Shown here one piece after another: positions 36,045 through 44,170 of a stretch of 59,249 nucleotides of DNA (the stretch's first letter is position 1; each line of letters opens with the position of its first letter). A program made the translations under genes and the position numbers. Source of the DNA: Chloroflexota bacterium. Lineage in GTDB: Bacteria; Chloroflexota; Limnocylindria; P2-11E. The DNA lies in assembly GCA_031394155.1 (NCBI GenBank), contig JANMWW010000288.1:1-59249 (forward strand), given 5' to 3'. The notes below the pieces were generated by a model, which made no database searches, was not told the origin of the DNA, and saw only the letters and a program-made list of their open reading frames with translations.

Positions 36045-36818
36045 CTAGGGCGCCGCCGCGAACCCCAGCGCCCTGGGCAGGATCGTTCCGACGGTGAATC
36101 CGCCTATCGCGGCGAACGCGACCAGCGCGACGATCTCCAGACCGGATGCGATCGGGTTGCGCCCGGTGAGGCGCGCCTTGAAGACGCCGAGCGCGAACAT
36201 CGCGATCGCCGACAGAACGATCGCCACGATGACGGCGGGCGCTACTGGAAGCACGAAGAAGGGTGCGATGGGGATCAGCGACGCGATGGCGAACGTCACC
36301 GCGAGGATCAACGCACCCTGGAGCGCGCTGTGGCCCTCCGCCACCGTGATGCCGAGCTCATACACGACCAAGGTCTACAGGAGCACGTTCGGCTTGCGCG
36401 CGAGCTCTGCCGCGACGCGCTCCGCCGCATCAGCCGGGAGACCTTCCTGCTCGAGCAGCATCGCGACCTCCGCCTCCGATTCGCCTGGACGGTCGCGGAC
36501 CTCCTCGCGCTCGCGTTGGATCTGCGCGTTGAAGATCTCGCGCTGGCTTCGGGACGACATGTATTCGCCCGCGGCCATCGAGATGATCTCGGCGACGGCC
36601 GCGGCAAGCCCGGCTACGAGCACCGCGTACGAGTTCGCTGTGGCGGTGGCGACGGTGATGACGACGATGAGGATGCTCGCAACGCCATCTTGTGTGCCGA
36701 AGATCGCCTCACGCGTCTCGCTGAGGTTGTCCGCCTCCCGGCGCTCATCGGCAAGGTGTCGTTCGAGCCAGGCCCGATCGAGGTGACGCCCCTCGTCGGT
36801 CCGCTCCGCGGCGCCCAT
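36045..36818 (-). pseudogene. VIT1/CCC1-family metal transporter interrupted by an in-frame TAG (36375-36377)
   Basis: Track ORFs 36375..36878 and 36045..36371 are in the same frame, separated only by TAG-ACC. Read across the junction, the sequence is ..AAELARKPNVLL*TLVVYELGITVAEGHSALQGAL.. This spans the conserved linker (..ELGI..) of VIT1 proteins. The N-part start was chosen at MGAAERTDEG (ATG 36818). Confidence 0.7.
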
Positions 36819-37171
36819 TAGATGACGCGCCCGGGGTTGCCGGCGCCGTCGATCAACGGGAGTCCGGCTTTCGACCACGCCGTGACGCCGCCGTCCAGGT
36901 TCTCGGCGTCATACCCAAGCTGTTTCAGTCCGCGCACCGCCGCGGCGCTGCGGGACCCGCTGCGGCAGACGGCGAGGATCGGACGCCCTTTCGTCAACTC
37001 GCCGACTCGGCCGCTCAGCGCGCGGAGCGGGATGTGGCGAGCCCCCTCGATGTGTCCGGCCTGCCATTCATCATCCTCGCGAACGTCGAGGAACTCGCGC
37101 TCGTCCTGCACCTGGCGGGCATCGACAGCGTTCACAGCCTCATTCTGCCGCGCATGGGGCAACGACCGCAC
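36818..37171 (-). CDS. single-domain rhodanese sulfurtransferase
   Basis: ..FLDVREDDEWQAGHIEGARHIPL..PILAVCRSGSRSAAA. The stop shares one nt with the next start (TAATG). Confidence 0.85.
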   Translation of the reverse strand: MRSLPHARQNEAVNAVDARQVQDEREFLDVREDDEWQAGHIEGARHIPLRALSGRVGELTKGRPILAVCRSGSRSAAAVRGLKQLGYDAENLDGGVTAWSKAGLPLIDGAGNPGRVI

Positions 37172-38059
37172 AATGTCGTCATCAGACCGCCATATCCCAC
37201 TGACATCGTTCCGCTGATCCCGGAATTCCTGAACCGCCGACGCCTGGGATTCACGTACGCGTTGCGGGTGCTGGAGGAGCTCGGGATCGATCGGCCGACG
37301 TATGCGTTCGTCGTCTCAGGCGTCGCGCTCCAGAGCGACGACGGCGCACGCCTGCAGGACCTGTTCAATCCGTATCCGACGACGTTCGATCAGTGGGATG
37401 CCGCGGCCGCGTCCGCCCGCGGCGCCGGTCTGGCCGAGGACGTCGGAGGCCGGTGGCGGATCACGCCGAAAGGCCGCGAGCTGTTCACAAAGGTCCGGCG
37501 CGAGGCCGATGCATACCTCGCCACGCTCCAACCGATCCCCGCGAAAGACATCGTGCATCTCGCCGCGCAGCTCGCGCGCGCGCTGGTCGCGATCGAGTCG
37601 TCCGGCCTTCCCTTCGATCACATGACGCGCAACGCGCGCCTCCGCGGTGACGGTAGGGTCCCGATGGTCGCGCTCGAGAACGCGCTCTTCGGACTGTGGA
37701 ACGCGCGGGACGACAGCCATATGTCGTCGTGGCGCGAGGCTGGTTTCGACGGCCCCACGTTCGACGTCCTCACCCGCGTGTGGCGAAACGAAGCCGCAGA
37801 CGACGACGAGCTCGCGAAGAAGATCCCGGGGCAGCGCGAGGGCGACGTGCGCGCTGCGTTGTCGCGCTTGCGCGTCGAGGGCTACGTTCGCTCGGACGCT
37901 CTGGCGACAACGGAACGCGGCGCGGGTGTGCGCCAGCAGGTCGAGGGTGAGACCGACCGAAGGTTCTTCGAGCCCTGGCCGGACGACCTCGGGGCGGAAG
38001 CACCGCGGCTGGGCGATCGGCTTCGCGCGATCAACCAGGCGCTCGCGCCCGCCCCCTAG
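37154..38059 (+). CDS. hypothetical protein, possibly with winged-helix modules
   Basis: Good codon bias from about 37170 onward. The start is uncertain (ATG 37154 overlaps the divergent rhodanese gene by 18 nt). Segments such as DVRAALSRLRVEGYVRSD suggest wHTH modules. The functional call is weak. Confidence 0.55.
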   Translation: MGQRPHNVVIRPPYPTDIVPLIPEFLNRRRLGFTYALRVLEELGIDRPTYAFVVSGVALQSDDGARLQDLFNPYPTTFDQWDAAAASARGAGLAEDVGGRWRITPKGRELFTKVRREADAYLATLQPIPAKDIVHLAAQLARALVAIESSGLPFDHMTRNARLRGDGRVPMVALENALFGLWNARDDSHMSSWREAGFDGPTFDVLTRVWRNEAADDDELAKKIPGQREGDVRAALSRLRVEGYVRSDALATTERGAGVRQQVEGETDRRFFEPWPDDLGAEAPRLGDRLRAINQALAPAP

Positions 38060-38076
38060 CTCCTCAGGCCTGCGAC

Positions 38077-38121
38077 CGTCCCGTTACATATGGCACGAAT
38101 AGTGCGAAGCGTCCTGTTACG
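38077..38121 (+). promoter_or_regulatory. direct repeat CGTCCCGTTACA / CGTCCTGTTACG upstream of an OmpR-family RR gene
   Basis: The two 12-mers (38077-38088 and 38110-38121) are identical at 10 of 12 positions and lie 33 bp apart start to start. The second abuts or overlaps the GTG at 38121. Confidence 0.3.
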
Positions 38122-38864
38122 TGATCGAGCCACAACGCGCCCCCGCCATGACGGCCCGTCAGACGGCGAAGGTGATGATCGTCGAGGACGACCATGACAT
38201 CGCCAGGCTCGTGGCCGATGTCCTCGCTGAAGAGGGTTACGCGACCGAGGTCGTCACCGATTCCCGTCAGGCGCTGGATACGTTCGAACGTGTGAAGCCT
38301 GACGTCGTAACGCTCGACGTGATGATGCCAAGCCTCGATGGGATCAGCCTCTGTCTCGAGCTCCGCCGCAACAGCGAGGTGCCGATCCTCTTCATCTCAG
38401 CGCGCAAGGACCCTCCGGACCGTGTTGTGGGCCTGCGCATCGGCGCTGATGACTACATGTCAAAGCCGTTCGACACCGACGAGCTCGTCGCGCGCATCGA
38501 AGCCCTGCTCCGCCGATCGCACATGTCGAAGGATGCGAATACCGCGCAGCAGATCCGCTTCGGGCGCTTCGTCATCGACCTCGGCAGCGTCCAGGCCGTC
38601 GCCGGACAGGGGCAGGTGCAGCTCACGCCGACCGAGTTCAAGCTGCTGCGTACGCTCGCGGCCGATCCCGGTCACGTTTTCACGCGCGACGATCTGCTCA
38701 CCGGTGTGTGGGGCTACGAGCCCGGCTCTGATACGCGGCTCGTCGATGTGCACGTCGGCCGGCTTCGCAAGAAGCTCGAGGACGCGAAGGTGATCGAGGT
38801 GCAGATCGAGACTGCGCGCGGCTTCGGTTACCGGCTGGTCGACGCGACCCGATCTTCCCGCTGA
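38121..38864 (+). CDS. OmpR/PhoB-family response regulator (no adjacent kinase)
   Basis: KVMIVEDDHDIARLV..VVTLDVMMPSLDG..ISARKD..GADDYMSKPF, then a winged-helix domain ..LTPTEFKLLRTLA..VDVHVGRLRKKL..GFGYRL. The start is GTG 38121 or ATG 38148. Confidence 0.88.
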   Translation: MIEPQRAPAMTARQTAKVMIVEDDHDIARLVADVLAEEGYATEVVTDSRQALDTFERVKPDVVTLDVMMPSLDGISLCLELRRNSEVPILFISARKDPPDRVVGLRIGADDYMSKPFDTDELVARIEALLRRSHMSKDANTAQQIRFGRFVIDLGSVQAVAGQGQVQLTPTEFKLLRTLAADPGHVFTRDDLLTGVWGYEPGSDTRLVDVHVGRLRKKLEDAKVIEVQIETARGFGYRLVDATRSSR

Positions 38865-39967
38865 ACCGCGCGCCGAGCACGCACTGCGGCCGCAAGATCG
38901 TCCAGCGCGCCCACTGTTTCATCCCATCCGATGCACGCGTCGGTGATCGATTTTCCAAAGACCAATCCCTCGCGCCCTCCCGACTCGGGTAGGTCCTGCC
39001 TCCCCGCCACGAGGAAGCTCTCCACCATCACGCCGACGATCCCGCGCTGACCGGCTGCGATCTGCGCCGCGAGGTCTTTGATCACGTCGAGCTGCTTGGT
39101 GTGGTCGCGCTCGCTGTTCCCGTGACTGGCGTCGACCATGACGCGCTCCGCGACGCCGGCTGCGACGAGTTGCTGAAGGACCTTCGCGATGCTCGCGCGA
39201 TCGTAGTTCGGTCCGCGCGCGCCACCCCGCAGGATGACGTGGCACTCGTCATTGCCCCGAGTGATGACGATCGCAGCGAGGCCCTGCTCGGTCACGCCGA
39301 GGAACCGGTGCGGGTATGCGGCGGCGCTGCACGCGTCGATGGCGATCTGGACGGTGCCGCCGGTGCCGTTCTTGAAGCCGATCGGCATCGAAAGTCCCGA
39401 CGCGAGCTCACGGTGCACCTGGCTCTCAGTCGTGCGCGCGCCGATCGCGCCCCACGCGACGAGGTCCGAAGTGTATTGCGGCGAGATCGGATCTAGGAAC
39501 TCGCAGCCCGCGGGCAATCCCAGCTCCACCAGATCCAAGAGGAGGCGTCGCGCGAGACGGACGCCCTCACCGATGCGGAACGATCCATCCAGGCGAGGGT
39601 CGTTGATGAGGCCCTTCCAGCCGACGGTCGTGCGCGGCTTCTCGAAGTAGACGCGCATCACGATCCGCAGATCGGGCGCGAGCCGCTCGGCGAGCGCCCG
39701 CAGCCTGCGACCGTATTCGAGCGCCGCGTCGAGATCGTGCACCGAGCACGGCCCGGCCACGACGACGAGCCGATCATCCCCGCGATCGAGGACCGCGGCG
39801 ATCTCCGAGCGCCACCCAGCGACAGCGCGGGCTCCTGGCTCCGACAGCGGCAGCTCATCGATGAGCACCGCGGGCGTTATCAGCGGGCGATATCCGAGAA
39901 CGCGAACATCGCGGGTCTTTAGCGGGTCCAACACTCCTCCGTCCTTGGGAAATACATTACGGGCCAT
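38828..39967 (-). CDS. 3-deoxy-7-phosphoheptulonate (DAHP) synthase, class I (AroF/G/H type)
   Basis: DDRLVVVAGPCSVHD, VYFEKPRTTVGWKGLINDP, GARTTESQVHRELASGLSMPIGFKNGT. A GTG start about 30 nt downstream is possible. Confidence 0.9.
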   Translation of the reverse strand: MARNVFPKDGGVLDPLKTRDVRVLGYRPLITPAVLIDELPLSEPGARAVAGWRSEIAAVLDRGDDRLVVVAGPCSVHDLDAALEYGRRLRALAERLAPDLRIVMRVYFEKPRTTVGWKGLINDPRLDGSFRIGEGVRLARRLLLDLVELGLPAGCEFLDPISPQYTSDLVAWGAIGARTTESQVHRELASGLSMPIGFKNGTGGTVQIAIDACSAAAYPHRFLGVTEQGLAAIVITRGNDECHVILRGGARGPNYDRASIAKVLQQLVAAGVAERVMVDASHGNSERDHTKQLDVIKDLAAQIAAGQRGIVGVMVESFLVAGRQDLPESGGREGLVFGKSITDACIGWDETVGALDDLAAAVRARRAVQREDRVASTSR

Positions 39968-40490
39968 GCCCCTCTACGCATACCGCGGAAAGCGTCCGCA
40001 GGTCGCGCCGGACGCGTTCATCGCACCGACCGCGGTGCTCATCGGGGACGTCACGGTCCGCGCAGGCGCGTCGGTCTGGTTCGGGACGGTGCTGCGTGGT
40101 GACATGGATCGCATCGACATCGGCGAGCGCTCGAACGTGCAGGACAACTCGACGATCCACACGGATGAGCAGGAGCCGACGATCATCGGCGCGAACGTGA
40201 CCATCGGCCATATGGCGCTGGTGCACTCTTCTGTTGTCGAGGGCAACGTGCTCATCGGCCAGGCCGCCGTGCTCGTGGGACGCAATCACGTTGGGACCGG
40301 CACGATCATCGGTGCCGGCGCGGTGCTGCCGGAGGGCTTCAACGCACCGGAGCGCACGCTCGTGCTGGGCGTCCCCGCAAAGGTCGTCCGCGCGGTCCGC
40401 GCCGAGGACGAGCGCTGGACGATCGGCGCTGCCGCGCACTACGTCGAGCTCTCCGCCTGGTATCGCGAGAACCTCACGGAGATCCGATGA
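39966..40490 (+). CDS. gamma-class carbonic anhydrase / hexapeptide-repeat family protein
   Basis: MPLYAYRGKRPQVAPDAFIAPTAVLIGDVTV..VWFGTVLRGD..IHTDE..VTIGHMALVH. Confidence 0.85.
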   Translation: MPLYAYRGKRPQVAPDAFIAPTAVLIGDVTVRAGASVWFGTVLRGDMDRIDIGERSNVQDNSTIHTDEQEPTIIGANVTIGHMALVHSSVVEGNVLIGQAAVLVGRNHVGTGTIIGAGAVLPEGFNAPERTLVLGVPAKVVRAVRAEDERWTIGAAAHYVELSAWYRENLTEIR

Positions 40491-42016
40491 CCACACTGCG
40501 CCTGACCGGACAAGACCTCACCATCGGCGACGTCATCGCGGTCGCGCGGCGCGGCGTCGCGGTCGCGCTCGATCGCGGTGCCGAGCATCGCGTGAACGAC
40601 GCTGCCAAGGTCGTCGCGGAGCTGGCGAAGGGCGACGCCGCGATCTACGGGGTGAACACGGGTTTCGGTGATCTCTCGACGGTGCGGATCCCACACGATC
40701 GGCTGCGCGACCTTCAGCAGAACCTCGTCCGCAGCCATGCCGTCGGCGTCGGTGATCCGCTTCCCGATGACGTCGTTCGCGCGATCTTGCTCCTCCGAGC
40801 CAACAACCTCGCCCCCGGGCGCTCGGGGGTGCGCAAGAGCGTGATCGATCTGCTCTGCGATCTCCTCAACAACGGCGTGCATCCGGTGATCCCGATGCAC
40901 GGCAGCGTCGGCGCTTCAGGGGATCTCGCGCCGCTGGCGCATGCGGCGCTCGTCCTCATGGGCGAGGGCGAGGCGTTCGTGGACGGCGTGCGGATGACGG
41001 GCGCGGACGCGCTGAAGAAGGAGGGACTGCACGCGATCGAGCTCGGGCCAAAGGAAGGCCTCGCACTCCTCAATGGGACGCAGGTCATGACGGCGATCGG
41101 CTGCCTCGCGCTGCACGACGCCGAGGTGCTCGCGACCAGCGCGGACATCATCGGGGCGATGTCGGCCGAGGCGCTGCGCGCGACCGACACCGCATGGGAC
41201 GAGGCGCTTCACGCGGCGCGTCCGCATCCGGGTCAGCAGACCGTCGCGGCAAACCTGCGGGCACTCATGGCCGGCAGCCCGAACGTCGCATCGCACCGCA
41301 CGGGTGATACGCGCGTACAGGATCCGTATTCGATCCGCTGCATGCCGCAGGTGCACGGCGCGTCGCGCGACGCGCTCGCGTACGTGCGGCGCGTCCTCGA
41401 GATCGAGATCAACGCAGTCACGGACAATCCGCTCGTCTTCGCGGAGGAACGCCGCATCGTCAGCGGCGGCAACTTCCACGGCCAGCCGGTCGCGATCGCG
41501 CTCGACACGGCGACGATCGCCGTCGCGGAGCTCGCCGACATCAGTGAGGCGCGCATCGATCGAATGACGAACGGGCACACCAGCGGACTTCCAGCGTTCC
41601 TCAGCCCAGATCCGGGCATGAACTCGGGATTCATGGTCGCGCAGTACACGGCGGCGGCGCTCATCACGGAGAACCGCCTGCGTTCCTTCCCCGCCTCGGT
41701 CGAGTCGGTTCCGACATCGGCCGGCATGGAGGATCACGTCAGCATGGGTACGCACGCGGCGCACAAGCTCGCCGCCGTCGCGCGGAACACGCGCGATGTT
41801 CTCGCGATCGAGGCGCTCTGCGCCGCACAGGGTCTCGATCTTCTCGCCACGACAGCCGGCCCGGGCGTCGAGGACGCACGGCGGGTCGTGCGCGAGCACG
41901 TGCCCGTGCTCGGACGCGACCGCGCGCTCGCGCCCGACATCGAAGTGATCTCCGACATGATCGAGCGCGAGGTGCTCGTCGCCGGGGTGCGCGTCCGTCT
42001 TCCCGACCTCGCATGA
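40487..42016 (+). CDS. hutH: histidine ammonia-lyase
   Basis: 509 aa. IYGVNTGFGDL and the MIO-forming motif GSVGASGDLAPLAH. ATGA overlap with the upstream gene. Confidence 0.93.
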   Translation: MTTLRLTGQDLTIGDVIAVARRGVAVALDRGAEHRVNDAAKVVAELAKGDAAIYGVNTGFGDLSTVRIPHDRLRDLQQNLVRSHAVGVGDPLPDDVVRAILLLRANNLAPGRSGVRKSVIDLLCDLLNNGVHPVIPMHGSVGASGDLAPLAHAALVLMGEGEAFVDGVRMTGADALKKEGLHAIELGPKEGLALLNGTQVMTAIGCLALHDAEVLATSADIIGAMSAEALRATDTAWDEALHAARPHPGQQTVAANLRALMAGSPNVASHRTGDTRVQDPYSIRCMPQVHGASRDALAYVRRVLEIEINAVTDNPLVFAEERRIVSGGNFHGQPVAIALDTATIAVAELADISEARIDRMTNGHTSGLPAFLSPDPGMNSGFMVAQYTAAALITENRLRSFPASVESVPTSAGMEDHVSMGTHAAHKLAAVARNTRDVLAIEALCAAQGLDLLATTAGPGVEDARRVVREHVPVLGRDRALAPDIEVISDMIEREVLVAGVRVRLPDLA

Positions 42017-42753
42017 CCTCTCCCCGCGCCGTGGTCTTCGACCTGGGGGGCACCCTCGTGCACTGGCCAAAGTGGGATGAAGACGCTCCGGCGAAGTGGC
42101 GGCTCGCCTACGACGCGCTCCTCCGCGCGGACGGCGGGCGCTCGCTTCCACCGGCGGATGCATTCGTCGAGGCGATGCGCGCGGCGGAGAAGGCGCACTG
42201 GGAGCGGGTCGATCGCGAGCACTGGAGCGGTCCGCCCACCGGACTGGTCGCCGACGGCTTTCGGCGGCTCGATCTGCGCGTGGACGATGACCAGCTGCTG
42301 GCGACGCTCGACGGCTACGCGCGCGCGATCGCCGGCTGGTCCACCGTGTTCCCCGACTCGCGCGACACGCTCATCGTTCTGCGCGAGCGCGGGTATCGCC
42401 TCGGGCTGCTCTCGAACACGTGGTGGGCAGCGGAGTGGCATAACGCCGACATCGCGGCGCACGGTCTTGCGGATCTACTGGACGAGCTCCTCTACACCTC
42501 CGACCAGCCGCATTCCAAGCCGCACCCCAGCGTGTTCCGCGAGATCAGCGCGCGACTCGGAGTCGAGCCCGCCGCTTGCGTGATGATCGGCGACCGCCAG
42601 ATCGACGACGTCGCCGGAGCGAAGCGCGCGGGGATGCGCGGTGTCTGGCGGCGCAACGATTCCGGATTCCCCAACGCAGACACCCAGCCGGACGCGGTCG
42701 TTGACCGCCTGTCGGAGCTGCCGGACCTGCTGCGGAAATGGGGAGGCGCGTGA
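42013..42753 (+). CDS. HAD-superfamily hydrolase
   Basis: AVVFDLGGTLV (motif I), LLSNT (motif II), MIGDRQIDDVAGAKRAG (motif IV). ATGA overlap with hutH. Confidence 0.8.
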   Translation: MTSPRAVVFDLGGTLVHWPKWDEDAPAKWRLAYDALLRADGGRSLPPADAFVEAMRAAEKAHWERVDREHWSGPPTGLVADGFRRLDLRVDDDQLLATLDGYARAIAGWSTVFPDSRDTLIVLRERGYRLGLLSNTWWAAEWHNADIAAHGLADLLDELLYTSDQPHSKPHPSVFREISARLGVEPAACVMIGDRQIDDVAGAKRAGMRGVWRRNDSGFPNADTQPDAVVDRLSELPDLLRKWGGA

Positions 42754-43259
42754 AACGGTGCGCCTGGGCGAGCCACGAACCTCTTCTGTCGTATCACGAC
42801 AGGGAGTGGGGCACTCCGCTGCACGATGAGCGAAAGCTGTTCGAGTTCCTGATCCTCGAAGGCGCTCAAGCCGGACTGTCGTGGGAGACGATCCTCCGCA
42901 AGCGCGACGCCTACCGAAAGGCGTTCGATCGCTTCGATCCGAAGAAGGTCGCGCGCTACACCGCGCGAGACGTCACGCGGCTCATGAAGGACGCGGGCAT
43001 CGTGCGGAACGGCGCGAAGATCATTTCGGCCATCGAGAACGCGACGGTCTTTCTCGAAGTTCAGAAGGAGCACGGCTCCTTCGATCGGTACCTCAGTGAG
43101 TTCACCGACGCGGCCATCCTCTCAAAGGATCTCCACAGGCGCGGCATGCGATTTGTTGGCCCGACGATCGTGGAGTCGTTCATGGAAGCGACGGGGCGGC
43201 TCGATCATCACGAGCCGAGCTGTTTCCGCAAGAGCAAGGGCCGCGCTCCTCGTATGTGA
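42750..43259 (+). CDS. tag: DNA-3-methyladenine glycosylase I
   Basis: VKRCAWASHEPLLSYHDREWGTPLHDERKLFEFLILEGAQAGLSWETILRKRDAYRKAF aligns by eye with E. coli Tag from residue 1. GTG 42750 overlaps the HAD stop. An ATG at 42738 is an alternative. Confidence 0.85.
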   Translation: MKRCAWASHEPLLSYHDREWGTPLHDERKLFEFLILEGAQAGLSWETILRKRDAYRKAFDRFDPKKVARYTARDVTRLMKDAGIVRNGAKIISAIENATVFLEVQKEHGSFDRYLSEFTDAAILSKDLHRRGMRFVGPTIVESFMEATGRLDHHEPSCFRKSKGRAPRM

Positions 43260-43271
43260 GGAGCGCGGCCC
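43238..43271. terminator. perfect 14-bp hairpin between convergent genes
   Basis: GGGCCGCGCTCCTC (43238-43251), the loop GTATGT, then GAGGAGCGCGGCCC (43258-43271). It overlaps the tag stop codon and lies upstream of the stop of the convergent gene at 43310. Confidence 0.5.
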
Positions 43272-43309
43272 GCGACGCAGGAGGGAGTGAGAGGGAGAGG
43301 CGGTGCTAC

Positions 43310-44029
43310 CTAGCGGCGGCCGCGACCGGGGCCACCAAAGCCCGGACCCATCGGTCGCGTCGAGTCGACCATCTGCGTGATCCGCGCGCTGAGGTTCGCC
43401 TTCGCCTGTGTCGCCTGGTCGGCGGTGATCTTGCCGGCGGTCTGCGCCGCGTCGATCTCCGTGGTCTCGTGGGCCACGAGCGCCTGGATCAAGCCGTCCC
43501 GACCCTTGCCGCTGGTCGCCGCCGCGATCTGCGCGAGCGTCTGACCAGCCTGCAGCTTCGTGCGAAGGTCCGCGTCGGTCGTTCCGAGATAGGTCGCGGC
43601 AGCGGTGAAGTCATCGCCGCCGAAGTGCCCGCCGGGACCACCGCCCGGGCCACCGAGGCCGGGGTTCTTGGTGTCGACGAGGGTCGTGATCTCCATGGTC
43701 GCCGCCGCGGTGAGCGCGGCGATGACGCCATCGCGGGTCTTGCCGTTGGCGATCGCGACGTCCGCCAGACTCTTACCGCTAGCGAGCTCCGTCCGAAGCG
43801 TTGCCTCGGTGATGCCGATGTACGTCGCGGCAGTGGCGACGGGGTTCCTGCCACCCGCGAGCGCGCTGTTGCCCTGGACCGCGAGTGCGACATCGCCCGG
43901 GAGCGAGGCCATGACCGCCGCCGGCGTGAGGTTCGCGATGTCTCTCGGGCCGAGCGCCGCCGCGGCGATCCCGCCGGAGAGGAGCAGCGCGGCGCCGGAT
44001 GCGATGAGAGCCTTGTCGAGATGCTTCAT
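43310..44029 (-). CDS. secreted protein with two ~50-aa internal repeats and Gly-rich linkers
   Basis: Start at MKHLDKALIASGAALLLSGG (ATG 44029), which reads as a signal peptide. Repeat 1 is AATYIGITEATLRTELASGKSLADVAIANGKTRDGVIAAL (DNA about 43676-43834). Repeat 2 is AATYLGTTDADLRTKLQAGQTLAQIAAATSGKGRDGLIQAL (about 43445-43603). The C-terminal GKITADQATQAKANLSARITQMV resembles DUF2680 as I recall it. Confidence 0.7.
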   Translation of the reverse strand: MKHLDKALIASGAALLLSGGIAAAALGPRDIANLTPAAVMASLPGDVALAVQGNSALAGGRNPVATAATYIGITEATLRTELASGKSLADVAIANGKTRDGVIAALTAAATMEITTLVDTKNPGLGGPGGGPGGHFGGDDFTAAATYLGTTDADLRTKLQAGQTLAQIAAATSGKGRDGLIQALVAHETTEIDAAQTAGKITADQATQAKANLSARITQMVDSTRPMGPGFGGPGRGRR

Positions 44030-44105
44030 TTCTTTCGTCCTTTCGGGATCGAGTGCGCTGACATGAAGAACAACACCCGAGGGCGGCGTGAGCATGAGAC
44101 CGCTC

Positions 44106-44146
44106 TAAGAACTCGCCGAGCTGGCCGCCTTCTTACGGCTTTCTTA
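44106..44146. promoter_or_regulatory. TTCTTA hexamer repeats in a divergent promoter region (candidate OmpR-type operator)
   Basis: TTCTTA occurs at 44130-44135 and 44141-44146, 11 bp start to start. An inverted copy TAAGAA lies at 44106-44111. The repeats lie 24-65 nt upstream of the RR ATG at 44171. Confidence 0.35.
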
Positions 44147-44170
44147 GGGAGTGCTCCGTAAACTTCAGTC

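Noticed and set aside
40916-42462. Minus-strand ORFs 40916..42163 (415 aa) and 41734..42462 (242 aa)
   Set aside because: They are antisense to hutH and the HAD hydrolase and have no motifs.
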